This document shows, piece by piece, positions 9,000-19,075 of a DNA stretch of 64,000 nt. The stretch is from an uncultured Acidobacteriota bacterium. GTDB lineage: Bacteria; Acidobacteriota; Vicinamibacteria; Vicinamibacterales; 2-12-FULL-66-21. The notes below the pieces were generated by a model. It saw nothing but the letters and a program-made list of their open reading frames with translations. It did no database searches and was not told where the DNA came from. A program made the translations under genes and the position numbers. Position 1 is the first letter of the stretch; each line of letters opens with the position of its first letter. The stretch lies in contig CAWEMY010000005.1 of NCBI GenBank assembly GCA_963810305.1, positions 525,304 through 589,303 on the forward strand. The letters are read 5' to 3'.

Positions 9000-10310
9000 A
9001 TGGAGATCTCTTTCAGCCACCGGACCCTCGATAATGGATTGGACGTCCTCGTCCACCAGGACCGCAATTGCCCGATCGTCGCGGTCAACGTCTGGTACCA
9101 CGTCGGATCGAAGAACGAGAAGCCGGGCCGGACCGGTTTCGCCCATCTCTTCGAACACCTGATGTTCGAAGGCTCGCAGCACTACGACCACGGATTCTTT
9201 CAGCCCCTGCAGCAGGCGGGAGCGTCTTTGAACGGATCGACCAACGCGGATCGGACGAACTACTGGGAGGTCGTCCCGCGCAACGCCCTCGAGCTCGCGT
9301 TGTGGATGGAATCAGATCGGATGGGTTATCTCCTGCCGGCGCTGACCGAAGCCAAGTTCAACAACCAGCGCGAGGTTGTGCTGAACGAGCGCCGCCAGAA
9401 CTATGAAAACCGGCCGTACGGGCTTGCCGGGATGGCGCTCGTCGCCGAGCTGTACGCGCCCGATCATCCGTATCACTGGCTCACCATTGGCGCCGCCGAG
9501 GATCTTCGCGCCGCGACATTGGACGATGTGCGTGCCTTCTTTCAGCGCTACTACCATCCGGCGAACGCGTCGCTCGCCCTCGCCGGGGACGTCGACATCG
9601 ACGAGGCGTTCGACCTGGCGGAGAAGTATTTCGGCGACCTTCCGTCGCCCGGGCTGCCTGGCCCCGTCGTAGCCGAGAATCCGGCTCCCCGGACGGCCGA
9701 CGTACGGCTGGTGCTCGAAGATCGAATCGAGTTGCCGCGCCTTTACCTCGCCTGGCATTCCCCGGCGCTGTTCGGAGAAGAAGATGCCGCGCTCGATCTC
9801 GTCGCTGACGTGCTGGCCGGGGGGAAGACGTCGCGGCTGTACCGCTCACTCGTGTACGAGCAGCGCATCGCCACCGAAGTCGCGGCGTCGCAGAATTCCC
9901 GCGAGCTTTCCGGCTACTTTCACGTCGTGGCCACCGCCGCACCGGGACACTCGCTCGAGGAGCTGGAGAAGGCGATCGCGGCGGAGCTCGCAAAAGTGAA
10001 TGCCGACGGGCCCACGGCCGCTGAGATGGAGCGGGGGATTGCCCAGGCGGAGGCGCATTTCATTTCGCGGCTGCAGACGGTCGGCGGATTCGGTGGCAAG
10101 TCGGACCAGCTGAATGCCTACAACGTGTTTCTCGGCGATCCCGCCTTTTTCGACCGTGATCTCGCACGCTATCGCAACGCCACGGCCGCCGATCTGACGC
10201 GCGCCGCCGTCGCGTGGCTTGGGCCGAGCTCGCGTGTGGCTCTCAGTGTCGTGCCGCGCGGCCGCCCGGAGCTGGCCCTGCCAGGGTCGGCGCCGGTGTC
10301 GGTGCACTGA
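9000..10310 (+). CDS. M16 (pitrilysin) family zinc peptidase, catalytic-type subunit
   Basis: ATG at 9000 inside track ORF 8814..10310. The inverted zinc motif HxxEH is present (HLFEH, followed by LMFEGS). Confidence 0.9.
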   Translation: MEISFSHRTLDNGLDVLVHQDRNCPIVAVNVWYHVGSKNEKPGRTGFAHLFEHLMFEGSQHYDHGFFQPLQQAGASLNGSTNADRTNYWEVVPRNALELALWMESDRMGYLLPALTEAKFNNQREVVLNERRQNYENRPYGLAGMALVAELYAPDHPYHWLTIGAAEDLRAATLDDVRAFFQRYYHPANASLALAGDVDIDEAFDLAEKYFGDLPSPGLPGPVVAENPAPRTADVRLVLEDRIELPRLYLAWHSPALFGEEDAALDLVADVLAGGKTSRLYRSLVYEQRIATEVAASQNSRELSGYFHVVATAAPGHSLEELEKAIAAELAKVNADGPTAAEMERGIAQAEAHFISRLQTVGGFGGKSDQLNAYNVFLGDPAFFDRDLARYRNATAADLTRAAVAWLGPSSRVALSVVPRGRPELALPGSAPVSVH

Positions 10311-11671
10311 TGCGCGCCGATCGCAGTCGTCTCCCGCCGAGCGGCGCTCTCGCGCCGTTCCAGTTCCCGGCCATTCAGCGAACGCCACTCGGCAACGGCC
10401 TCCAGGTGTGGACGATCGAGCAGCGCGCCGTCCCGCTGATCACCGTACTCCTCCTCCTCCGTCGCGGGTCGGCGGCCGATCCTGCCGGCCACGAAGGTCT
10501 CGCGGCGATCACCGGTGATCTGCTGGACGAGGGTGCCGGGGCGCTCGACGCGCTGGAGTTCCACGAGGCGCTGGGGCGCATCGGCGGACAGATCGACACT
10601 GAGGTCAGCGCCGACGCCACGCTGCTCGGCCTGACGGTGCTGTCCCGGTTCGCCGATCGCGGTTTCTCGCTACTCGGCGACATGATCCAGCGCCCGCGAC
10701 TCGAGCGCGCTGACTTCGACCGCGTCCGCGATCTTCGTCTGAACCGACTAATACAGATGCGCGACCTGCCACCGGCACTTGCGGACCGCGCGTTCACGGA
10801 ACTGCTTTATCAGAGCCATCCCTACGGGCACCTGGCGATCGGCAGTGAGGGCTCGCTCCGCGCGCTGACGCTTGCGGACGTGCAGCAGTTTCACGCGCAC
10901 ACCTACAGCCCGCAGGGTGCGACGGTGATCGCTGCCGGCGACGCCAGCCACGACGAGCTGCGGGCGCTGATCGCGGACGCTCTCAGGGACTGGAGTGGCA
11001 CGACCGCCGACCGGCAGGGAGATCGTGTGACATCGACACCGCCGCCTCCTGCCGGGCGCCTTGCCCTTCTCCACAGGGCGGGGGCCGCGCAGTCCGAATT
11101 GCGTCTCGGGCATGTGTCGATCGCCCGCAGCGATCCGGATTACACGCGCCTGCTCGTGCTGAACATGGTGCTTGGCGGCCAGTTCGTCAGCCGCATCAAC
11201 ATGAACCTCCGCGAAAAGCGCGGCTACACCTATGGCGCGCGCACCAGCTTCGACACGCGACGTGGCCCGGGTCCTTTCGTTCTCCAGGCGAGTGTCCAGT
11301 CCGAATCGACCGCCGACGCGATACGAGAGGCGGTTCGTGAGGTGGAGGAAATCCGCGGGCCGCGGCCGATCACCGGCGAGGAGCTCGACACCGGAAGGGC
11401 CGCATTGACGCGTGGCTATGCGCGCAACTTCGAGACCGCCGAACAGGTCGCGCGCGCCGCCACGCAGATGGCGCTTCACGATCTGCCGGACGACTACTAC
11501 AGCACCTTCGTGCAGCGCGTGCTGGCGATCGACGAGGCGTCCGCCACCACCGCCGCTGAACAGCACCTGCACCCCGAACGGATGCTCACCGTCGTCGTTG
11601 GTGATCGCGACCGCATCGGGGAGTCTCTCGAAACTCTGGGCCTTGGCCAGCCGATGGAATTGGGGCCCTAG
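10310..11671 (+). CDS. M16 family peptidase-like protein lacking HxxEH (non-catalytic partner)
   Basis: ATG at 10310 overlaps the upstream TGA (TGATG). M16 fold-like sequence with no HxxEH motif. Confidence 0.85.
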   Translation: MRADRSRLPPSGALAPFQFPAIQRTPLGNGLQVWTIEQRAVPLITVLLLLRRGSAADPAGHEGLAAITGDLLDEGAGALDALEFHEALGRIGGQIDTEVSADATLLGLTVLSRFADRGFSLLGDMIQRPRLERADFDRVRDLRLNRLIQMRDLPPALADRAFTELLYQSHPYGHLAIGSEGSLRALTLADVQQFHAHTYSPQGATVIAAGDASHDELRALIADALRDWSGTTADRQGDRVTSTPPPPAGRLALLHRAGAAQSELRLGHVSIARSDPDYTRLLVLNMVLGGQFVSRINMNLREKRGYTYGARTSFDTRRGPGPFVLQASVQSESTADAIREAVREVEEIRGPRPITGEELDTGRAALTRGYARNFETAEQVARAATQMALHDLPDDYYSTFVQRVLAIDEASATTAAEQHLHPERMLTVVVGDRDRIGESLETLGLGQPMELGP

Positions 11672-11844
11672 TGGAGCGTACACTCGAGATGTAAAGCATG
11701 GACGCGGGTGGACGCGAACGGGGCCGCCCCGCGTGGCGCGGAGTGCACTCCCGTTACAAGCGCTCTTGCACGAGCACCACGTGGGGCTGTTCGCGGACAG
11801 GACCCGCCTGCGGTGCTTTACATCTGTCCGGCACGCTCCACTAG
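11668..11844. repeat. 177-bp element bounded by ~31-bp imperfect terminal inverted repeats (MITE-like or structured RNA)
   Basis: CTAGTGGAGCGT (11668-11679) pairs with ACGCTCCACTAG (11833-11844). GATGTAAAGCA (11688-11698) pairs with TGCTTTACATC (11814-11824). The left end overlaps the TAG stop of the M16 gene. Confidence 0.6.
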
Positions 11845-11868
11845 AACTCGTGGACCCGGGCACCGGAC

Positions 11869-12888
11869 ATGAAAGCCGTACGATTTCATCACCATGGCGG
11901 TCCTGAGGTTCTGTGCTATGAAGACGCGCCGGATCCGGTCCCGTCGACGGGCCGCGCCATCGTCCGAGTACGCGCGTGCGCCCTGAACCACCTGGATCTC
12001 TGGCAACGCCGCGGGATCGAACGCGTACGGATCCCGTTGCCGCACATCTCCGGCGCCGATGTGGCTGGCGAGGTCGTCGATACGGGCGGCGGCACGATTG
12101 CCGCCGGGACGCGCGTACTTCTTCAGCCCGGATTGAGCTGCGGCACGTGTCGGATGTGCGCGGCCGGCCTCGACAATCTCTGTCCGGACTACGATGTCCT
12201 CGGCTACATGTCCGACGGCGGCTACGCCGAGTTCGTGTCCGTGCCTGTCGGGAACCTGGTCCCGATCCCGGATGCGATCGATTTCACAATAGCCTCGGCA
12301 TTTCCGCTGACTTTTCTCACGGCGTGGCACATGCTGATCACCCGCGCCGCTTTGACGCCAGGCGACACCGTCCTCGTCCTTGCGGCCGGGAGCGGCGTGG
12401 GCCAGGCCGCCATTCAGATCGCGAAACACCACGGCGCGCGCGTCTTCGCGACGGCGTCACCGGCGAAATTGCAGCAGGCGTGTGAGCTCGGCGCGGAAGA
12501 GGCGTTCGACCACCATTCCGGTGATTTCGCCAGGGAGCTGCGGGCTCGCACCGGCGGCCGCGGCGCCGACATCGTCGTCGAGCACGTCGGTGAGGCGACC
12601 TGGGAGCGCAGTGTCCGCGCATTGGCCCGCGGCGGCAGGCTGGTGACATGTGGGGCAACGACGGGGCACCAGGCCGGCATCGATCTGCGGCATCTTTTTG
12701 CAAGGCAACTGTCATTGCTCGGCTGCTACATGGGCAGGAAAGCTGAGCTCGTGGCCGCCGCGGCGCTCTTTTTCGCAGGCAGGCTGACGCCCGTCGTCGA
12801 CGAGGTCATGCCTCTGGAGAACGCCCGGGCCGCCCACGAACGCCTGGAGGCCGCCAGGCAGTTTGGAAAGATCGTTCTGGTGCCATAG
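11869..12888 (+). CDS. MDR-family zinc-binding alcohol dehydrogenase / quinone oxidoreductase-like protein
   Basis: 339 aa. GroES-like N-terminus and a Rossmann motif AAGSGVGQAAIQIAKHHGA. Confidence 0.85.
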   Translation: MKAVRFHHHGGPEVLCYEDAPDPVPSTGRAIVRVRACALNHLDLWQRRGIERVRIPLPHISGADVAGEVVDTGGGTIAAGTRVLLQPGLSCGTCRMCAAGLDNLCPDYDVLGYMSDGGYAEFVSVPVGNLVPIPDAIDFTIASAFPLTFLTAWHMLITRAALTPGDTVLVLAAGSGVGQAAIQIAKHHGARVFATASPAKLQQACELGAEEAFDHHSGDFARELRARTGGRGADIVVEHVGEATWERSVRALARGGRLVTCGATTGHQAGIDLRHLFARQLSLLGCYMGRKAELVAAAALFFAGRLTPVVDEVMPLENARAAHERLEAARQFGKIVLVP

Positions 12889-12968
12889 GAACCGTCGCGG
12901 CGCACCTTCCGTCAAACTGACAGTTAACCTGCGGCCGTGTTCGGCGTTATAGACTGTACGAACCTGCC

Positions 12969-13172
12969 ATGAGCTTCGCCAGGCTGAGCCTCAGTCTCGC
13001 GGCCGTGATCGGCCTTATTGCGACCGCGCTTGCCGGCGCGACCATCTGGCTGCTAATCACCAATCCGGTTGACGTCGCCGAAGCCGTCGCGACGGGCGAA
13101 GTCTCTCCGCTCATGCGCGCGCTTGCCGGCGCCCTCTACAACGCCCTCGAAGGAATCGTCAAATATCTGTAG
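12969..13172 (+). CDS. Small hypothetical membrane protein (67 aa)
   Basis: One clear TM helix (LSLAAVIGLIATALAGATIWLLI). The stop codon lies inside the 28-nt palindrome. No Shine-Dalgarno sequence seen. Confidence 0.45.
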   Translation: MSFARLSLSLAAVIGLIATALAGATIWLLITNPVDVAEAVATGEVSPLMRALAGALYNALEGIVKYL

Positions 13173-13196
13173 GGGCGGTTCGCGAACCGCCCCTAC
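13169..13196. terminator. 28-nt perfect palindrome GTAGGGGCGGTTCGCGAACCGCCCCTAC between convergent genes
   Basis: 14+14 nt perfect arms. It contains the TAG stop of 12969..13172 and lies 4 nt from the stop of the minus-strand hydrolase gene. Confidence 0.7.
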
Positions 13197-13200
13197 AACG

Positions 13201-14262
13201 TCACTCCAGCGCTCGGCGCAAGAACCTGCAGAGGGCGAGCCCGTCCATCCATTTGAACGGCGAGACGCCGGTGCTGTAGTGGCCGCATGGCAGCACTTTG
13301 GTTTGATGCGGCACGCCTCGGGCCTTGAAGTCGGACACCAGCAGGCGCGACAGGGCGAGGGGGAACGTCAGGTCGTACAGCGCATAGACAAGCAGCGTCT
13401 GGCGGTCCATGACTCGATCCAGATACGGCCGCGGCGAGATCGGCATCCAGATCCGCCTCAGGGTTTCGAGGTTGACGTTGCCGTCGAGTGATTGACGCAC
13501 GTGCTCGGTGGAGAGTCCCTCCCAGATGACGTCTGCGAAGTACGGCGAAATGTGATTGAGCGCCGCCGCCTTCACAAGTGGTTCGTGTGCCGTCGTCAAC
13601 ATCGCCAGGCACGAGCCGAGGCTGGTGCCGAGCACGCCGATTGATTCGAATCCCTCTTGGTGCAGCCAGGCGATGGAGCGGCGCGCATCCAGAACGGCCT
13701 GCCGGTTGATGGCAATGGTTCGCCCGACGTTGGCGCTCACGATGTAGTCGGCACGCTTCAGTTCCGGCGGCATGCGCGCCTCGTGATAGGGGAGGGTGAG
13801 CCGCAGCGCCGACAGCCCGAATCGATTCAGCAAGCGGCATAGACCGACATGCCCCTCCGAATCCGCGTTCCACTGTGGCATCACAAGGACCGCGCGTTTT
13901 TTGCCGTTCTGCGAGGCAGGGAAGAAGCGGGCGATCACCGTGTTGTTTTCGGGATGCGGCGTGACGACGGCGCTCTGGAACGTCAGCCGGTCGCCATCGA
14001 CCGAGTACTCGCCCGGGGTTACCGCGAAAAAGTCCTGGCTGCGGCGCAACGCCTCATCGGCCCAGGCCATGAGACGCACCGCAGGGTCGCCGGGAACGTC
14101 CGGTAAGTCCGGCACCCATTCGAGGCCCCAGGCAAACGGACGGACTGTCCTGTTTTCAGCAGCTGCGGCAAGCCTCCGCTCCCAGTTATGAAAGGCTCGC
14201 GTCAGCACAGCTGTTCCTCTGGAAGGGATGTTGCAGCGGACTCTGCATGCATGAACAGCCAC
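13201..14262 (-). CDS. Alpha/beta-hydrolase fold protein
   Basis: 353-aa ORF with the nucleophile-elbow motif GTSLG (IGVLGTSLGSCLA). The exact start is uncertain. Confidence 0.75.
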   Translation of the reverse strand: MAVHACRVRCNIPSRGTAVLTRAFHNWERRLAAAAENRTVRPFAWGLEWVPDLPDVPGDPAVRLMAWADEALRRSQDFFAVTPGEYSVDGDRLTFQSAVVTPHPENNTVIARFFPASQNGKKRAVLVMPQWNADSEGHVGLCRLLNRFGLSALRLTLPYHEARMPPELKRADYIVSANVGRTIAINRQAVLDARRSIAWLHQEGFESIGVLGTSLGSCLAMLTTAHEPLVKAAALNHISPYFADVIWEGLSTEHVRQSLDGNVNLETLRRIWMPISPRPYLDRVMDRQTLLVYALYDLTFPLALSRLLVSDFKARGVPHQTKVLPCGHYSTGVSPFKWMDGLALCRFLRRALE

Positions 14263-14365
14263 CGCAGCCCGATGTTCCGCAGCCGCCGGACGTCATCAAG
14301 CGTCCGCAGCCCGTCAACAAGCCGATACCGTCCGGTGAACCGGTCCCTGAAGATCGTCCTGACGT

Positions 14366-15710
14366 TCACCCGGTGCCGCCCCCAACCGATCCCGGGCCCG
14401 CCGTGATCTGAGTCTCCATGGTCGCGGCGGCACCGAGCAGTTGATCGGTCTCTCCTGTGCGGCCGACAAGCTGCATGGCGATCGGCAGACCCGTCGACGT
14501 GACGCCGGCCGGCAACGAGATCGCCGGGTGTCCAGTGAGATTGAAAAGCTGTGTCAATCGCAGCATCGCCGCCCGGACAGGTTCCGGGCGGCCGTCGATG
14601 TCAACCGATCCGACGCCGAGCGGCGGCGCGGCGATTGGCAACGTCGGAAGCAGAAGCGCATCGCATCCAGCAAGCGCACTGTCAACTTCCCGGGTGAGCC
14701 GTTTCCGCAACCGCATCCCCCGCACGTAATCTTCCGCCAGCACGTACCGGCCGGTTTCAAGCCTGTTTCTCACCTGGGGTGAATAGAGCGCCGCGTGCTG
14801 TTCGAGCAGCGGCGCGTGGTACGCGGCGGCTTCGGGCAGGACGATGTGCAGGTACACGTCAGGCGTTGACCGCGCGTGGCCAATTGCGGCGTTGACGATG
14901 CGATGGCCCCGCGACTCGAGTGCGGCCTGCACCCGGTCGAGGGCGCTACGGATTTCGGGATCGAGCCGCTCGAGCAGGTAACCATCTGGAATACCGAGAA
15001 TCAGAGCGACCGGCGCGGATCCTTCGACAACCCTCCTGCCGCGCAAGACACCGAACATCAGCGCCGCGTCTTTGACCGATAACGTCATGGGCCCGACGTG
15101 ATCGCAGGTAGTACTCAGCGGGACCACGCCGTCGCACGGCACCTCGCCCAGTGTGGGTTTGAGGCCGACAATGCCGCATGCCGCGGCGGGGATCCGGATC
15201 GATCCGCCCGTATCGGTGCCGATCGATCCCATGCACATGCCTTCGACGAGCGCAACGGCGGCGCCGCCGCTGGACCCGCCTGCCGAGCGCGACGGATCGA
15301 AAGGGTTTCTGTACCGGGCCGAACGCGGACTCATCGCTGGTCGTGCCGAAAGCGAACTCATGGAGATTGGTCTTCCCTATGATGATCGCGCCCGCCTGCC
15401 GCAACCGCTGGACGATAGGCGCGTCGGCGGTCGGGCGCGTCGGCGGCAGCGCCGATCCCGATGTCGTCGGCACACCGGCGACGTGGACGAGATCCTTGAT
15501 CGAAACGGGGATCCCATGCAGCGGGCCGCGATAGTCACCGCGCCGGAGCTCCTTCATCGCCGCTTCAGCGTCGGCCAGAGCGCTGTCGGCCAGGACGGTG
15601 ATGAATGCGTTCAGCTCCGAGCGTGCTTCGATCCGCTTCAGGCAGGTCCGAACGAGATCCACGGGAGAGATTTCTCCACTCGCGATGCGCGGGGCAGTTT
15701 CGGCGATCAT
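14366..15710 (-). pseudogene. Amidase-signature family amidase, split by one frame change near 15311
   Basis: Track ORF 14946..15710 carries the N-terminus up to ...TSDESAFGPV. Track ORF 14366..15361 continues with RNPFDPSRSAGGSSGGAAV and the rest of the domain. Removing one base restores GPVRNPFD. Confidence 0.85.
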
Positions 15711-15856
15711 TCCTTTTGATCGGCGGGACCCGCCGCGTCGGCTTCGCGCAGGGCTTCAGTCGATTTCGCGATCGCTTCGAGCAGCGGTTTGAGCGCCGGC
15801 AGTCCGCGGCGTTCCGCGTCGGCGATGGCGCTCTTCAGCCAGTCCTGGACGGTCAT
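15707..15856 (-). CDS. Small hypothetical protein (49 aa) translationally coupled to the amidase
   Basis: ATG at 15856 overlaps the upstream stop (TGATG), and its own stop overlaps the amidase ATG (ATGA). Sequence MTVQDWLKSAIADAERRGLPALKPLLEAIAKS... No family recognised with confidence. Confidence 0.4.
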   Translation of the reverse strand: MTVQDWLKSAIADAERRGLPALKPLLEAIAKSTEALREADAAGPADQKE

Positions 15857-16536
15857 CAGAAGCTGACTGTACCGCGGAGCGTGATCGGGATTGTCAGAAC
15901 GCGGTGCTCGACCGGGTCGTCCAGCTTGTTCCACGCGAATTTGGCCGCGAGCTGCACGCCGAACGGACCGACCATGAGTCCGCCACCTCCTTCAGCGAAG
16001 GTCCGCGTACCGTCGTGGCCGCCATCAGCGGTGATACGGCCGATGCCGCCGACGATAAAGGCCATCGCACCGAGGCCCCAGCCCGGCGCTCTATCGGCGA
16101 CGTAGAGGCCGACACCCACGTCGTACGCCTTCGCGCCGGTCAGCGAATATGGTGCCGGAGCCTGTTCGCCGGCGAAGTTGATTCTCATCGTCGGCACTGT
16201 CTCGACGCTGGCGCGGATACCGAGGGTCGTGCCGATGCTCAGCCCGAACGGATAGATCGCCGCGCTGAATCCGCGGTTGCGTTTCTTGAACTCCACCACG
16301 TCGATCTGGATGCCGCCGTCGCGGGTCTCGTATTCGAATTCCCCGACCTGCGTCGCGCCGACCTCACGTCCGACGAGATCCTCCAGGGGATGGCTGGCAA
16401 AGTGCAGCGGCTCAGTGTGCATCCAGTCGATGCTCACAGTGACGAACTGGCGCCGCGGCTTCTGAACGGAATAATCCTGAGCGGCAGCAGGTGAGGCAAT
16501 GCCCAGCGCGATGACTGCTGTGATGAGTAGACGCAT
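15856..16536 (-). CDS. Putative outer-membrane beta-barrel protein with signal peptide
   Basis: Internal ATG at 16536 gives MRLLITAVIALGIASPAAAQD. The rest shows an alternating beta-strand pattern and ends in a C-terminal Phe. Confidence 0.6.
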   Translation of the reverse strand: MRLLITAVIALGIASPAAAQDYSVQKPRRQFVTVSIDWMHTEPLHFASHPLEDLVGREVGATQVGEFEYETRDGGIQIDVVEFKKRNRGFSAAIYPFGLSIGTTLGIRASVETVPTMRINFAGEQAPAPYSLTGAKAYDVGVGLYVADRAPGWGLGAMAFIVGGIGRITADGGHDGTRTFAEGGGGLMVGPFGVQLAAKFAWNKLDDPVEHRVLTIPITLRGTVSF

Positions 16537-16570
16537 GATGGGACCCGGTAATGTAGGGTAACGTACGACC

Positions 16571-17680
16571 GTGAACGATCGTATCCTCGCCGCCGTCATG
16601 ACTGCGCCGCGCGCACCGGTCGAGGTCCGAGAGTTCGCACGGCCTGACTTGCCACCCGGTTCCGCGCTGCTGCGCACCGAGCGATCCGAGGTGTGCGGCA
16701 CGGACGTTCATCTCTGGCACGGCCGGCTCTCCGGCGTCCCGTACCCGATCATTCCCGGGCACGTCTCCGCGGGGACGCTGGAGCGGATTCGCGGACCGCT
16801 GCACGCTCTTGACGGGTCGGTTCTGCACGAGGGAGACCGGGTCGCATTCTTCGACGTCCATCGCACCTGTGGCCGCTGTCGCGCGTGTACGGTGCACCGC
16901 ACGCCGACGCGATGTAGCGCGCGGCGGGTGTACGGCATCACCGATCCGGCAAGCGAGGGGCTGTACGGCGGCTGGTCGCAGGGGATCTATCTCGAACCTG
17001 GCGTCGGCATCGCGCGGCTTCCCGATTCGGTGACTTTCGACGACTACATCGGCGGCGGTTGCGGGTTGCTGACGGCGGTCCATATTCTCGAGCGGGCCGC
17101 TGTGCGTCCTGGCGATACGGTGCTCGTCCAGGGCACCGGAGCAGTCGGCCTGAGCGCGATCGCGCTGTCACGCACCGGCGGTGCCGCAACGGTGATCGCG
17201 GTCGGAGCGCCGGCAGACCGGCTCGATCTTGCGCGCCGCATGGGGGCGGATCACGTGTTCGATGTGACAGCGACCACCAGGGAGCAGCGGCTCGAAGGCA
17301 TCCACGCGCTGACCCACGGCGAGGGGGCGGACGTCGTTCTCGAGGCAGCGGGCGCTGCGGCGGCGGTCCCGGAAGGCATGGACCTGGCCCGGGACGGCGG
17401 CCGCTACGTAATCGCCGGCCACTATACCGATGCCGGCGACGTCCTGATCAACGCGCACCGCCAGATCAATCGCAAGCACCTGGAGATCCGGGGATGCTGG
17501 GGGAGCGAGCCAGGTCACTTCGTCCGCGCGCTGTCACTCCTCGAGCGTTACGCGTCGCGTTTTCCGTGGCGCGAAGTTGGCGGGCGCACCTACTCGCTCC
17601 GGCGCCTGAACGAAGCGCTCGCCGACGCGGAAGCCATGCGGATCACGAAGGCACTCGTGGACCCCTGGCTCGACTCATGA
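16571..17680 (+). CDS. Zinc-dependent MDR alcohol dehydrogenase family protein
   Basis: GTG start. Catalytic-site region EVCGTDVH, structural-zinc cluster CGRCRACTVHRTPTRC, Rossmann motif GTGAVGLSAIAL. Confidence 0.85.
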   Translation: MNDRILAAVMTAPRAPVEVREFARPDLPPGSALLRTERSEVCGTDVHLWHGRLSGVPYPIIPGHVSAGTLERIRGPLHALDGSVLHEGDRVAFFDVHRTCGRCRACTVHRTPTRCSARRVYGITDPASEGLYGGWSQGIYLEPGVGIARLPDSVTFDDYIGGGCGLLTAVHILERAAVRPGDTVLVQGTGAVGLSAIALSRTGGAATVIAVGAPADRLDLARRMGADHVFDVTATTREQRLEGIHALTHGEGADVVLEAAGAAAAVPEGMDLARDGGRYVIAGHYTDAGDVLINAHRQINRKHLEIRGCWGSEPGHFVRALSLLERYASRFPWREVGGRTYSLRRLNEALADAEAMRITKALVDPWLDS

Positions 17681-19075
17681 GACAGACCAAGATCATTGCC
17701 ACGCTGGGTCCGGCGAGCAGCCCGCCAGAAGTCATCGACGCGCTGCTTGGGGCTGGCGTGGATATCTTCCGGCTGAACTTCTCGCACGGTTCCCACGAGA
17801 GTCACGCCGAGGTCTACCAGCGGGTCCGCGACGCGGCTGCTCGACGCGGCTGTGTTGTCGCGATCATGCAGGACCTGAGCGGGCCGAAGATCCGCACCGG
17901 ACCGCTGGCAGCCGGCGCAACGCTCACGCTGCGCGAAGGCGAGGAGCTGCGGATTGCCGAAGGCGACGAACCAGGGCGACGAGGGACTCATCTTCACGCC
18001 GTACGGCGAGCTCGTTCGATCGGCGAAGCCTGGCGATCGACTGTTGCTCGACGATGGACGGATTGAACTGCGGGTCATCGATTCCGGTGAGCAGTTGACG
18101 ACGGTGGTGGTCAACGGCGGCGCGCTCGGCGGAAAGAAGGGCATCAACGCCCCGGGCGTGCTGCTGCCTTCATCCGCGCTGACCGCGAAGGACGAAGCGG
18201 ACCTGCGGTTCGGCCTGCAGCTCGGTGTCGACTATGTCGCCCTCAGTTTCGTTCAGACCGCAGCCGACGTGTTGCGGGCGCGCGAAGTCATGGAAGCGGC
18301 CGGCACGCGCGTGCCGATCATCGCCAAGATCGAGCGCCCGGCGGCGGTCCAGGAACTTGGCGCGATCCTGGAGGTCGCGCAGGCAGTCATGGTCGCGCGT
18401 GGTGATCTCGGTCTGGAGATGCCGCTCGAGCAGGTGCCGCGCGTCCAGAAGGAGATCGTCCGGCGCGCGCGTGCCGCAGGGCGCCCGGTCATCGTCGCGA
18501 CGCAGGTGCTCGAGTCCATGCGCGAGGAGCCCCGGCCGACCCGCGCCGAGGTGAGCGACGCCGCGAATGCCGTCGGAGAGGGCGTGGACGCCATCATGCT
18601 GGCCGGGGAGACGGCGGTCGGAGCGTTTCCGGTCAAGACCGTGCAGACGCTGGCCACGATCATCGCCGAAGCCGAGCAGACACCGTCCGGCGAGCGCATC
18701 GATCCGCTCGTCGACGCAACCGGAACTGCGCACGGCCGGGCGCTGTGTGAGGCGGGGGTGTTGCTGGCCGCCGTCGCTTGCGCCGACGCGATCATCGCGG
18801 TCACACGCGAGGGGAAGACCGCACGGATGCTGGCGGCGCTTCGCCCCCGCACGTCGATCATTGCGGCCACCGGTCAGGTTCGGGTCGCAGGCACCCTTGC
18901 ACTGCTTCGGGGAGTGACTCCGGTCATCACCCCCGAGCGCGACGTCGAAAGGCTGGAGCGGTTCCTCCTGGAACGGCGCCTGGTCGCCGCCGGTGCCATG
19001 ACCGTCTTCATCAGCGTCAGCCCGGATCTGACCCGAGTCGACGCGAACTTCCTGAACGTTCAGCGAGTGACATGA
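17677..19075 (+). pseudogene. pyk: Pyruvate kinase, split by one frame change near 17975
   Basis: MRQTKIIATLGPAS...FRLNFSHG...LRIAEGDEPG lies in the frame of track ORF 17059..18066. The sequence continues as DEGLIFTPYGEL...MVARGDLG... in track ORF 17954..19075. Confidence 0.9.

Noticed and set aside
5918-9088. 1056-aa minus-strand ORF, the longest in the track
   Set aside because: Only its last 390 codons (5918-7090) look like a protein, namely the MFS transporter. The upstream about 660 codons are Arg/Gly/Pro-rich and lie exactly antisense to the well-supported ggt gene. This is a typical high-GC shadow ORF.
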